The notes below the pieces were generated by a model. That model made no database searches. It saw only the letters and a list, made by a program, of their open reading frames with translations, and was not told the DNA's origin. Positions 16,090-25,016 of a DNA stretch of 40,681 nt are shown piece by piece (position 1 is the stretch's first letter; each line of letters starts with the position of its first letter). This DNA comes from a virus (taxonomy: Duplodnaviria > Caudoviricetes), in IMG/VR virus record IMGVR_UViG_3300020045_006566, positions 1 to 40,681 of that record. One strand, written 5' to 3'. A program made the translations under genes and the position numbers.

Positions 16090-16937
16090 GATACCTCCGT
16101 GAATGTCCGCGCCCCGGCGTTGAGGCTCACGGTCGTGATCGCGTCCCCGGAGAGGGATTCCCCGAATGTTGCGGCGTGCTTTATTCCGAATACCTGATAT
16201 TGCCCATCGTATCGCGGGTCAGAACTTCGGAGCTCGCAATAATGGCCGATGCGTATTTCTGGTGAAAACAGGGTATCCGTTTCGAGATAGGTATCCCGCC
16301 TCTTTGGGGTCGTGAATGAGTTTTCTCCCTGCAGGATGAACGCGTCCCCGGAAAGGACTTCATCATCCCCCAGAACATACAAGGTCTCGCCGTCGATAAA
16401 CGCATGATTGCCGGTGAGGTCCTGAATGACGTCATAGCTGTTCCCTGTGAGAACTTGCCCGCGCGGGGCCGCCGCTCCCTTCGCCGGGGCACCGAGCACG
16501 CCCATGAGCATTTCCGGCATGGTATGGACCACGCGCTCAATCTGGCCGGCGAGGTCAACGCCTTTCGCTATGGTCTCATTCGCAAAACCGGCCTTGATCT
16601 GGTAGGACCCGTCGTAGGCTTTGATGGTTGTCACCCAGTCGGGCCCCTGCTTGAGGGAATACGCTTCCTCGATGTTGCCTCGGAAAATCTCGTACAGCTC
16701 CGTTTCTCCATACCCGGCGACAATCGACATTTGCCAGCGCTGTGTGAAGGTGTAGAGGTCTTTGTAAATATGGTTCCGCGTATTCGGCGCAAGGTTGTAA
16801 ATGGTCAGGCTCGCGTTATTCACGGCTGCCCGCATGTCTCGCTGGACCTCCATAACGAAGGTCACGGGCGGTTTTATGGTAATGAGAAAACCGTCAGGGG
16901 TTTTGATTCTTATCTCGTAATACCGGCCGAACTTCAT
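16086..16937 (-). CDS. Baseplate hub protein
   Basis: A.LTIYNL...TR, AGY....IF.G.I, T.I.A.DG and G.Y.V..I.H motifs. Confidence 0.75.
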   Translation of the reverse strand: MKFGRYYEIRIKTPDGFLITIKPPVTFVMEVQRDMRAAVNNASLTIYNLAPNTRNHIYKDLYTFTQRWQMSIVAGYGETELYEIFRGNIEEAYSLKQGPDWVTTIKAYDGSYQIKAGFANETIAKGVDLAGQIERVVHTMPEMLMGVLGAPAKGAAAPRGQVLTGNSYDVIQDLTGNHAFIDGETLYVLGDDEVLSGDAFILQGENSFTTPKRRDTYLETDTLFSPEIRIGHYCELRSSDPRYDGQYQVFGIKHAATFGESLSGDAITTVSLNAGARTFTEVS

Positions 16938-17290
16938 GGAACGGTAGCCCCCGCGATAATAAGGGCTTCGACCTCGGCGACTTCCGCGCTCGTGAGGAGA
17001 AAGAGGGACACGCGGCCCGATGAAAAATCGTTGATGAGGAACGGCTCGTAGTTGTCGGTGACGTTGACGGCGAGGCCGAACGGGATGACGTTCCTGAACT
17101 TCACGAGGATATTCGGTCCCCGGGATATCTTATACCCCTTTATGGCGAAGGTTTTGAACGTAAGATCGATAAACCACCCTTGAACGCGGGGCCGGTAATT
17201 GAGGATGACGGAGATATCCCCGCCGCCGTTCGGGTCGGCTATGGTGAACTTCTGCGATGCGTTTTGAGTGAGTCCGGTTATTCGTATCAT
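16934..17290 (-). CDS. Baseplate structural protein
   Basis: Position between the Dit-like and hub genes; ATGA coupling on both sides. Confidence 0.65.
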   Translation of the reverse strand: MIRITGLTQNASQKFTIADPNGGGDISVILNYRPRVQGWFIDLTFKTFAIKGYKISRGPNILVKFRNVIPFGLAVNVTDNYEPFLINDFSSGRVSLFLLTSAEVAEVEALIIAGATVP

Positions 17291-18117
17291 TTGATGAACC
17301 CCAGCGATTCCCCTGCCGAGTAGAGAATCGACTTCGAGTCCTTGTCGGTTCCTGATGTCTTGCCCTTATCTACCGTTCCTTCGTCCTGCAATACATTCGA
17401 CGCGGGGAATAAATCCTCGTTTACTTTCGTCGTCTCGATTCCGACAAGGCGCAATTCCTTGAGGGTCACGGATATTTCGGTGTAATCGTCGGTCACGTCA
17501 TCGTGCTGCGCTGTTATGCTCACGATTGCCATAGTCGGGAAAAACTCCCAATATGTCTGGAGTGATACGATCTGTTTCGACTTCCAAAGGGCCTTGAGCT
17601 CATGATAGGCGATTGTCTGCGGGTCCGGCTCCTTGTTTCCGTTGAGTCCGTTCTTGAAGAAGTCTACGACGTTTGACGCCTTTTTCTTAAGGGCGTTTAA
17701 CTGGTTCGCGATATATGACGCCTGCGAAACCACGGCGGCGGCCTTTTGTGTCGCGCCCTGCGTGATCGGTCCAAGATAGGCATTGACGGCGAGGAGCTTG
17801 CTTGCAGCCTGGTCGGCGGCGTATTCGGCGGACCCTTTTTGCGGCACGCGGTAGACAAGGTTTCCGACATATCCGGAAAGGGAAATCTGGACCGGCTTGA
17901 GTACGATATGATCAGTGAGAAAAGACCCGTCTTCCGTGTAGTGGTCGGTCGCTTCGGCGGTCATGGTCACTGACTCGCCGCGCGGGATGTCGAATATCCA
18001 TCCGGAAATTCCCTGATGACCCGGGATAGAAATAATGGCCGCGTTTTTTGCTTTGTCGTATGCGGCGAGGTCGATATAGGAAAGGTGGTCGACGGTCGAA
18101 ACTGCGTTGATGCTCAT
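17287..18117 (-). CDS. Tail tube initiator / Dit-like baseplate protein
   Basis: TDHY.EDGS...DH..L.P....LSG motif; immediately after the tape measure gene. Confidence 0.75.
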   Translation of the reverse strand: MSINAVSTVDHLSYIDLAAYDKAKNAAIISIPGHQGISGWIFDIPRGESVTMTAEATDHYTEDGSFLTDHIVLKPVQISLSGYVGNLVYRVPQKGSAEYAADQAASKLLAVNAYLGPITQGATQKAAAVVSQASYIANQLNALKKKASNVVDFFKNGLNGNKEPDPQTIAYHELKALWKSKQIVSLQTYWEFFPTMAIVSITAQHDDVTDDYTEISVTLKELRLVGIETTKVNEDLFPASNVLQDEGTVDKGKTSGTDKDSKSILYSAGESLGFIK

Positions 18118-19487
18118 CTCTTTTCCGCCTTCATGTTTTGATAGGGAATGCGGGCATCCTTCATGGTGCCTGAAATCCTGTTTTGCACTTCCGCGCCGAC
18201 AGCTGCCGGGTCGGTTGCTCCGTTTATGGTAATGTTATTATTCACGGTTGAAGCGCTGGACGCTGCGGTCTTTCCGGTCAGGAATCCGCCTATGGTACTA
18301 AGTTCGTTCATGAAAAGCTCGCCCTGTTTCGTGAGTGCCTTTCCGATTCCGCCCTCGCCGATATCGGTAAAGAAGCTACCGAATGTCTCCTTGAGCTTGT
18401 CGAACTTGATCGAGTCGGTCATGAATACAAGGGTATCCTTGATGCCTTTGAGGAGTTCGCCGAAATCGCCCCACTTTCCCATAAGGTCGTCGAAGCTGGA
18501 CCAGTCGCCGGACATGAGCCCCTTGAGCGCGGCGGCGACGCCCTCGACAGCGGCAAACACCCCGTCGAATACTTTCGCCAGGACGGGGAATGATTTTACA
18601 AGTTCGCCGAATAACGATTTTCCACCCTTCGAGTATACGTAGAGGTCTTCCATTATGGCAAAAAGCAGGAGGATTCCCGCGACCGGCAGCGCGACGGCGG
18701 CGTTCAATGCTATGAAAGCCGCGACGATTCCCATGACGGCGTTTTTCCACCCGATAGAACTGCGGATGAAACTGTCGATCATGGTAATGATTCTCTGGCC
18801 GGCTGTGATTATCCGCATGAGCCAATCGACCCCCTGTTTGATCATCGGGGCGAGTTTTGCCACGGCTTCGGTCCGGAGGTAGTTGAGTCGGTTCATAAGT
18901 TCGGTGACGGCCGCGCGGGCTTGATTAACCCCGGCGATGGACTGCGGGGATACGACATAGGCATTCCCCGCCATTTTGTCGAATTGTTTATTGGTAAGCT
19001 CGAGCGTGGCGACGAGGTCATTCGATACGCCGAATTGCGCGGCGATGTTCCGGCGCATTCCTTGACTCATCCCTTGTGTTTTCGTCCGGAGGGCTTCGAG
19101 AACCTTGAAAGGGTCGGAGCGCGGGTCGATTCCGAGGAGCTGATACCCGGATATATTCCCCTGTCCCAGCTTAATTTTTTCCTGATTCTGCGTGATCGCC
19201 CGGATGGAGGCCGCGACGCCTTCGCCTGACCCGTTCACCTGGTCGGCTACCTGCTTCCATTTCTGCATTTCCTCGACCGAAGCGCCGGTATCATCGGCGA
19301 ATTTACGCATGGCGAGAGTATCGGAGAATGACGCATTCATCGTCTTGACCGCCGCAGCGAGGGAAAGCGTTCCCGCAATCGCCCCGACGAGGCCGCCCTT
19401 GATTCCCGTTATGGACTTGAGGAAATCATTTGCGGGTCCGGTATCCGCTTTGAGCCCTATTCTTGCAAAGAGGTCTAAAATATTGAT
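18114..19487 (-). CDS. Tape measure protein, probably initiated at non-canonical ATC (457 aa)
   Basis: Helical Ala/Gly-rich protein with hydrophobic segments. The frame is open 49 codons upstream of ATG 19340 to ATC 19487, which lies 7 nt after GGAGGA. Confidence 0.75.
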   Translation of the reverse strand: MNILDLFARIGLKADTGPANDFLKSITGIKGGLVGAIAGTLSLAAAVKTMNASFSDTLAMRKFADDTGASVEEMQKWKQVADQVNGSGEGVAASIRAITQNQEKIKLGQGNISGYQLLGIDPRSDPFKVLEALRTKTQGMSQGMRRNIAAQFGVSNDLVATLELTNKQFDKMAGNAYVVSPQSIAGVNQARAAVTELMNRLNYLRTEAVAKLAPMIKQGVDWLMRIITAGQRIITMIDSFIRSSIGWKNAVMGIVAAFIALNAAVALPVAGILLLFAIMEDLYVYSKGGKSLFGELVKSFPVLAKVFDGVFAAVEGVAAALKGLMSGDWSSFDDLMGKWGDFGELLKGIKDTLVFMTDSIKFDKLKETFGSFFTDIGEGGIGKALTKQGELFMNELSTIGGFLTGKTAASSASTVNNNITINGATDPAAVGAEVQNRISGTMKDARIPYQNMKAEKR

Positions 19488-19504
19488 TTGTTATTCCTCC
19501 CTCG

Positions 19505-19557
19505 TCATGCTGTTATAATAATCCAACATTGCGTTTTTAACAAGTGTGTGTTATTAT
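19505..19557. promoter_or_regulatory. Overlapping divergent sigma70-type promoters (TMP / HNH)
   Basis: Plus strand: TTGCGT-N17-TATTAT (19529-19557). Minus strand: TTGTTA-N17-TATTAT (19543-19515). Confidence 0.6.
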
Positions 19558-19563
19558 TACTGT

Positions 19564-19690
19564 AATACGTGGTGATGTACGTATTGTCTATCTGTCAGGA
19601 TAGGGATTAAACAGATCCTTTGTTTATGCTTTCCGGGCTGACACTCGGTTAACAAGCCTCATCAGCTTGGGCATAAATAAAGGATTTTTT
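19564..19690 (+). ncRNA. Structured leader RNA with two loop-loop complementarities and a terminator-like stem
   Basis: Four hairpins plus a 15-bp closing stem and U run; loops TGTCAG/CTGACA and TGATG/CATCA are complementary. Confidence 0.65.
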
Positions 19691-19703
19691 ATTGTAGGCG
19701 AAC

Positions 19704-20177
19704 ATGATTATACAGATTTGTGAAACACCGGTTGAAATTGATGATGATGACAAGGATCTTGTATTATCATACAAATGGTTTGTTCATCGTACTCAATTAA
19801 AGAAAAACGGAAAATATTATTTTATTTGTAATTACAAAAAAAATAAACAGGTTTTGCTTCACAGGATTATTATGAATGCTATTTATTATAACGGAATGGT
19901 AGTAGACCATATAGATGGAAATACATTAAACAATAAAAAATCCAACCTACGGCTTTGTCATCAATACGGAAATGCTGAAAATCAAAAGATATCAAAAAGA
20001 AATACCTCTGGATATAAAGGGGTTAGCTGGTCTTCTCTTTATAATAAATGGGTTTCTAAAATACATTGCAGAAACAAGTATCATTTTCTTGGATATTTCA
20101 ACGATCCGGAACAAGCGTATAAAGCTTATTGTGAGGCTTCGATAAAATATCATGGTGAATTTAGCCGACTAAAATAG
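19704..20177 (+). CDS. HNH homing endonuclease with AP2 domain
   Basis: LHR.IM, VDHIDGNTLNN.KSNLR, NTSGYKGV, LGYF....A..AY and HGEF motifs; very AT-rich; opposite strand to the tail operon. Confidence 0.93.
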   Translation: MIIQICETPVEIDDDDKDLVLSYKWFVHRTQLKKNGKYYFICNYKKNKQVLLHRIIMNAIYYNGMVVDHIDGNTLNNKKSNLRLCHQYGNAENQKISKRNTSGYKGVSWSSLYNKWVSKIHCRNKYHFLGYFNDPEQAYKAYCEASIKYHGEFSRLK

Positions 20178-20240
20178 AAAAGCCCGTCCGGTGAGGAGTG
20201 GCACCGGGCGGGCAGGGGCGAGAGAAAAAAGGAAGTGACG
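20177..20240 (-). ncRNA. Putative ~60-nt small RNA with anti-SD loop
   Basis: TTGACA-N17-TATCAT promoter (20274-20246), a CU-rich 5' segment, then terminator GCCCGCCCGGTG-CCACTCCT-CACCGGACGGGC-TTTT. Confidence 0.55.
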
Positions 20241-20270
20241 GCTTCATGATACGCCACGCACCCTTTTCTG

Positions 20271-20465
20271 TCAACTCGATTTGTTCAGTTCGTAATCGGC
20301 CGCTTCGTATTCCCCGAGGAACTTCTCGTATGAAATAGCGTCGATTACCATGTCAACCCGGGCATCAAGCACGGCGGCCGGGTCGCCCCCGAAGTATCCC
20401 GCTTTCGCGAGCTTGAGGGCGATCAGCCTTTCATCCGTGATGTTTATTTCGACGGCTGGTTTTTT
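20271..20465 (-). CDS. Tail assembly chaperone C-terminal extension (GT-like, via -1 frameshift)
   Basis: The -1 frame is open past the 20444 stop: KPAVEINITDERLIALKLAKAGYFGGDPAAVLDARVDMVIDAISYEKFLGEYEAADYELNKSS; no good independent start. Confidence 0.7.
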   Translation of the reverse strand, partial: KKPAVEINITDERLIALKLAKAGYFGGDPAAVLDARVDMVIDAISYEKFLGEYEAADYELNKSS

Positions 20466-20848
20466 GCGACCGTCGGAAGGAACGCCGCGAACTGTGAACC
20501 GAGCCCCTTGAAAAAAGGGCCGACGTTTTCTTTGATAACCTCGATCATGATCGGGTAGTAATGCTGCCGGTTTTCCACTTTCTCGAAAAAGGCGCGGTCA
20601 ATCTTTTCATTCCCCAGCAATGCCCGTTCGGCACATTTGAAGATGCACGATTCAACCTCGTCGGATGTCGCGACCCCGAGAACGGCACCGATGATGTCCG
20701 AAAACATATCGGCGCTCACTTCGGCGGTAACGGTCTCCGGCAATTCCAGGCGCGTACCTTTCAGCGCACGCCCGATTGCTTTTTCCAGTGCCAGCGCGTC
20801 GGAAAACCCGGCGGGCGTTATTCGTAAATCACTTCCGTTTATCTGCAT
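20444..20848 (-). CDS. Tail assembly chaperone (G-like)
   Basis: Lies between the tube and TMP genes; ends ...ENVGPFF... with slippery heptamers. Confidence 0.8.
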   Translation of the reverse strand: MQINGSDLRITPAGFSDALALEKAIGRALKGTRLELPETVTAEVSADMFSDIIGAVLGVATSDEVESCIFKCAERALLGNEKIDRAFFEKVENRQHYYPIMIEVIKENVGPFFKGLGSQFAAFLPTVAKNQPSK

Positions 20849-20865
20849 AATGGTTCGTTAACTCC

Positions 20866-21318
20866 TTAACCCATGATCCGCGCGGCATTCGCAAAGAGGA
20901 TCGTATAGATCGAAACGCCCTGATCGGTTGCGCCCTCTACGTTCTCTTTTGCCGTCGGGATTTTCTGGATGACTCCGCCCTTGAACTGGTAGATGTCCGC
21001 CGTGATGTTTCCCGCGCCGTCACCAATCCGCTTGATGAACTCGCCCGACATGAGCACATAGGCGGCCGGATCGTTGATGTACGAGTTCATCTCCGAGGAA
21101 AAAAACTTATCATCAGCCGAGCCGCGCAGCACCCTGATGGTCGCCGTCGCCTGTTTGCCGGTCGCGTTGAACGCATAGACCGTATTCCCGTTCTTGCCGA
21201 TTTTCGCCTCGACAAGGTTATTCGGGAAATCCAAATTGACGCAGTCGCCGTCCGCAAGGTCGGCAAGAATCCGCGTCCCGATGATACTGGTATCTTTTCC
21301 GGTTAATGCAGTTCCCAT
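20866..21318 (-). CDS. Tail tube protein
   Basis: 150 aa directly after the sheath; ADGD, G.NG..V and T.R.L.GS motifs. Confidence 0.8.
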   Translation of the reverse strand: MGTALTGKDTSIIGTRILADLADGDCVNLDFPNNLVEAKIGKNGNTVYAFNATGKQATATIRVLRGSADDKFFSSEMNSYINDPAAYVLMSGEFIKRIGDGAGNITADIYQFKGGVIQKIPTAKENVEGATDQGVSIYTILFANAARIMG

Positions 21319-21321
21319 AAT

Positions 21322-22803
21322 TTAGGCCTCCACGTAGACGGTAACGTCTGCCGAATGAATCGCTCCCGCGTCTTTCGCGGCGATCTGAATGGCGGGTGCC
21401 TTCCGTGCGTTCCGGTCGGTCGAGCTCTGGCCCGCGATCGGAGTACTGTACACGAAATAGCCCACGTCCTTGATGTTGCGGATATGGTCTTCCGGGTTCC
21501 CGAAGGTCGTAGCGGAAAGCCATGCGCCGGGGGCGAACACGCCGTTATCTACGAACTGACCGCACACTTTGCGGAGTGCGCCCTTGAGTCCGTTCATGCC
21601 TTCCTCGGTCTGCGGGATCTTCGTGTTGGTCGTCGCAAGGAAGTTGAATCCGGCCACGGCGAGGCGGAGTTTGAACGCAAGGCGGGTATACACCTGATCG
21701 AAGTGCTGGTTTTCACCCGAGGTCATGATCTTTGTCACGCCGCCGACGTTTGCCAGAATGTCCACGCCGTTATTCTTGCAGGTATTCGCAAGGGTCTGCG
21801 TCATCCCGGGATCCGCCGTCATTCCGACTATTTCCTTGAGGTGCATGGTGTGCGCGGCATTGAATCCAGAGAAGTTGATCGAAAGTCCGCGCCCGGCGTA
21901 TCCCGCGGCGAAGTCAAGGGCCTCGTCAGCGCTTCCGGTGTACAAGAGGCATCTGGTATGCGTCAGTCCCGCGTTCATGATGGCAGCGAATCCCGCGCTT
22001 GCGTCGCCGCCGGTGCTTGAGGGTGCAAAGTACATTTTGTCCATCGTCTGAACCATGCGGGCGAATTCGAGGAGTATCGCGTCGGTCGAAAGTTTTTCAT
22101 TTGCGATGATGCCGAAATAGTCCACGAGTTCGCGGGTACGGAGAACTGCGTCTTTGAGCCGTTCAACTCCCGCCGCCGCGCCGGTTGCACTCTGGAGTGC
22201 GATCTTGAGCGGAATGGCGATATCGGTGCCGGTCGAGCACGCGGAAAGCACGATAGCCGAAGACGCTCCTACGGTGTCGCTTTTCAGGGTGACGGTCGCC
22301 GCGGTGAGTTCGCCGGTTATCTCGAATACGAGGCCCGCCGTTTCAATGTCGTAGGAATTGAGGGACGCCGCAGCCGTTGCCATGCTGGTCGCGTCGATGG
22401 TGCCGATAGCAATTTCAGCCGCCGCCGCGCCGTCGATGGCTGCCTTGATCTTGTAATCAACCGCGCCGAGTGCCGTGAGATCGACAGGGCCGGTTCCGAT
22501 GATGGTTGCCGCCGTCGCCGGTGCCGTCTGGTCCTTCGGGATGATGACGAGGTAGCCACCGCCTGACATGATGTTCGGAGATCCCGAAAAGGCCATGACC
22601 GCAAGGCGATAGGCGTCGGAACTGGACCCGAAATCGTCGGCGACTGCATCCGGCGAAAGGTAAATCTGATAATCCCCATAGTCTGCCGGGATGGGCACAT
22701 CGTCCACGAAAAGGGCGAGGGCCGACGTATTCACGTCCGACAATCCTTTGAGGGCCGAAAGAAGGGTAACCCGGATTACGTTTCCGATGTCGAGTTTTGC
22801 CAT
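21322..22803 (-). CDS. Tail sheath protein (DUF3383-like)
   Basis: VA.DFG..S..Y..A, KIPQT.EG, NG..APG.W, R.AR.AP and AGAIH motifs. Confidence 0.9.
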   Translation of the reverse strand: MAKLDIGNVIRVTLLSALKGLSDVNTSALALFVDDVPIPADYGDYQIYLSPDAVADDFGSSSDAYRLAVMAFSGSPNIMSGGGYLVIIPKDQTAPATAATIIGTGPVDLTALGAVDYKIKAAIDGAAAAEIAIGTIDATSMATAAASLNSYDIETAGLVFEITGELTAATVTLKSDTVGASSAIVLSACSTGTDIAIPLKIALQSATGAAAGVERLKDAVLRTRELVDYFGIIANEKLSTDAILLEFARMVQTMDKMYFAPSSTGGDASAGFAAIMNAGLTHTRCLLYTGSADEALDFAAGYAGRGLSINFSGFNAAHTMHLKEIVGMTADPGMTQTLANTCKNNGVDILANVGGVTKIMTSGENQHFDQVYTRLAFKLRLAVAGFNFLATTNTKIPQTEEGMNGLKGALRKVCGQFVDNGVFAPGAWLSATTFGNPEDHIRNIKDVGYFVYSTPIAGQSSTDRNARKAPAIQIAAKDAGAIHSADVTVYVEA

Positions 22804-22807
22804 GTTT

Positions 22808-23302
22808 CTATTCCTCCACGTTTATTTCGGTTGCGGTGAAATTGTTGATCATCTCCGCCGCCGAGGTTTTACTTTGTACATTCGTGATTATAACCGGTAA
22901 TTGATGACGGCGCAAGGATCGAACGCCCTCGACCGCCGAGAGGTTCAAGGGCATGCCCCGGAAGAAAGCGCACCCGGCGTCCTCGGCCGCCCGGATTCCC
23001 GCGCTCGAGCTGATTGCCTGGTACACTTCCATGTATCGATTTGTCGCGTCGTATCCGGCGGAAACCACCTCGACAAGCCAGCGCTCGTGAGTCGATACGC
23101 TCATCGTCTCCGTGTCCGCGGTAAAATTCCGTTTCGCGTTGACGCCGAGAACCTGCGGGGCATCGTACATGACGAGAACGTAGACTCCGGTGTCTTTCGG
23201 GGCGTCGAAACGTTCATTCCCCAGGACAACACGGTCGGCGGGTAATCCCATGTACGCTTGAATGACGTCGGCCAGCAATTGGCCCTGTTCAATGATGGTC
23301 AT
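22808..23302 (-). CDS. Tail terminator/neck protein
   Basis: Directly before the sheath; GGAG RBS and ATGA-coupled start at 23302. Confidence 0.65.
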   Translation of the reverse strand: MTIIEQGQLLADVIQAYMGLPADRVVLGNERFDAPKDTGVYVLVMYDAPQVLGVNAKRNFTADTETMSVSTHERWLVEVVSAGYDATNRYMEVYQAISSSAGIRAAEDAGCAFFRGMPLNLSAVEGVRSLRRHQLPVIITNVQSKTSAAEMINNFTATEINVEE

Positions 23303-23664
23303 GGTAAATACTCCTCCGGCTCGTCCCCGGTGTAGTCCTCGGTCGCCTCGTATCGTCGGTATCCGGCTTCCGCCCATTGCTGGACAGAATCAATGCGCAT
23401 GGTGATCCCTTCGACGAAAATAATGTCGTCGATCTTAAGAAGGCGGCTGCTTGACTTGGTTATCACGTCATACCATTTCCACACCCGCTGTTCGGCAGGC
23501 TTCCGGTTGACCCGTTCCGGCTGGAGCGGCTGAACCATTATGTCAAGGATGACATTTTCCGCCGTCTGCTGAATTACGTGATTGATGATATTTTTGGTCA
23601 CAATGCGGACGGATCGTTTTTTCGTCCACCCGCGCAATGCCCCGGCCATGTTCGGTATGCTCAT
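23299..23664 (-). CDS. Head closure protein
   Basis: VQPL......P..QR.W.W, L..DD.I and W..AGY..Y motifs; neck-gene position. Confidence 0.7.
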   Translation of the reverse strand: MSIPNMAGALRGWTKKRSVRIVTKNIINHVIQQTAENVILDIMVQPLQPERVNRKPAEQRVWKWYDVITKSSSRLLKIDDIIFVEGITMRIDSVQQWAEAGYRRYEATEDYTGDEPEEYLP

Positions 23665-23680
23665 TTATTTGTTCCTCGTG

Positions 23681-24868
23681 TCAGTATGCAAAACTGGTAG
23701 CCCCGCCGCCTGTTACCGGGTCCGGCGATTCAATGTCGACCGTTGCGGAAAACTCATGATAGAGCTGCGCGGACGCGTTCCGGATGAAAAGCGCAATCCC
23801 TTGACCCTCCGAAAGGGTTATCGGTGCCGCGCCTCTCGTATCCATATCAGGAGAGAAAAGACCACGCCTTGCAATCTGCGGGCCTCCAGAGATTCCCGGA
23901 CCGTATGGAGGTTCTCCCAAGGTTACGCGCCGGAAAGCAGGGCTTGACATGATTCCTCCGTATTTTGATCCCGCCCTCATGGTGTTGCAGTTTTTCTTGA
24001 TAAACACGTTTGCCGGTACGGTTTCGGCGCTGTCAGCCATGAGATAGACGGCATCTTCGGCAGCGCTGTCGAATCCCTCGATCGGCTCATAAGTGATATA
24101 CGGGATTTCATCGGTCCCAAGCTCCCTGATCTGGATGCGGAGTATTTCAAGCGATATCCCAGATCCGACATTGTTCATGATAGCCCATGCCACATTTCCG
24201 GAAAGAAAACGCGGTTCGATCATATCATTGAATCGGTGCGTCTCATTTGTCGCCCTGTCACGAACCATGACGGTGAGGCCAAAGCAAAATGTCGGGCCGT
24301 TCGCAGTGAATACGACGGCAAGCCCTTCGCCTTCGTTGAGCGTCGGTTTTTGCAATTCTACTTCGCCGGTCATTTTCATGAACTCGCCCGAGTCGAATCC
24401 GGCCCTTGAGTCACCGTTAAGCATGGACGAAAGGTTCGCGAGCGCCCGGGTGAAGTTCGCACCGGAACAGATAAACGTCCTTCGGAGCGAGGTTATTCCG
24501 GTAACAGAATCAGGTGCGAATACACTCGTGATCTGCGCGGGTAGGTCAGCATTTGCACTATCTAACTTTACCGGGGCAACCGGCGTCCCGCCTGTTATTG
24601 CCGTTATGCGCCTGACTTCCATTGTTGAGGTTGGCGACTGCGGGCCTGTCAGCGGACGGCAATTAAGCATCTTGATGTTGAGCTTCACGCCTGACCCCTG
24701 ACCGTTAAAAATGGCAATAGGAGCGAGGTGTTCAAAATACGGATGCCCAGTCAGGGAGTTCGTCGGCATTTCTACCGAGAACGGAGTCGTCCCCGGTTCG
24801 AGCTGTCGTTTTACGAATACGGTCTTATGCGTCGACAATCCAGTCCCCCGCGAGTAAATCAGAGGCAA
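23681..24868 (-). CDS. Beta-rich virion-associated protein with two tandem domains (start may be a downstream TTG)
   Basis: Both halves resemble the 25013-25534 protein. Confidence 0.7.
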   Translation of the reverse strand: MPLIYSRGTGLSTHKTVFVKRQLEPGTTPFSVEMPTNSLTGHPYFEHLAPIAIFNGQGSGVKLNIKMLNCRPLTGPQSPTSTMEVRRITAITGGTPVAPVKLDSANADLPAQITSVFAPDSVTGITSLRRTFICSGANFTRALANLSSMLNGDSRAGFDSGEFMKMTGEVELQKPTLNEGEGLAVVFTANGPTFCFGLTVMVRDRATNETHRFNDMIEPRFLSGNVAWAIMNNVGSGISLEILRIQIRELGTDEIPYITYEPIEGFDSAAEDAVYLMADSAETVPANVFIKKNCNTMRAGSKYGGIMSSPAFRRVTLGEPPYGPGISGGPQIARRGLFSPDMDTRGAAPITLSEGQGIALFIRNASAQLYHEFSATVDIESPDPVTGGGATSFAY

Positions 24869-25016
24869 CGATGAGTGTTATATTTTCATCGAGCCAACGA
24901 TCAAAAGACGACTTTTGTCCGGGCTTTTCACCCATCCATCGCTCGATTTTTATTCCGCCAGGGCGAGAAATAACCCCGCCATGGCCGCAGGCGTTCCATG
25001 CGTCAAGAATCGTCAT
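24825..25016 (-). CDS. Hypothetical protein (63 aa)
   Basis: ATGA-coupled and fills the gap. Confidence 0.6.
   Translation of the reverse strand: MTILDAWNACGHGGVISRPGGIKIERWMGEKPGQKSSFDRWLDENITLIVASDLLAGDWIVDA

Noticed and set aside
19564-20177. HEARO/OMEGA (IscB-type) RNA-guided system or group I intron
   Set aside because: The protein is a 157-aa HNH-AP2 with no RuvC or PLMP motifs; it is intergenic and antisense to the tail genes; the RNA is only ~125 nt.
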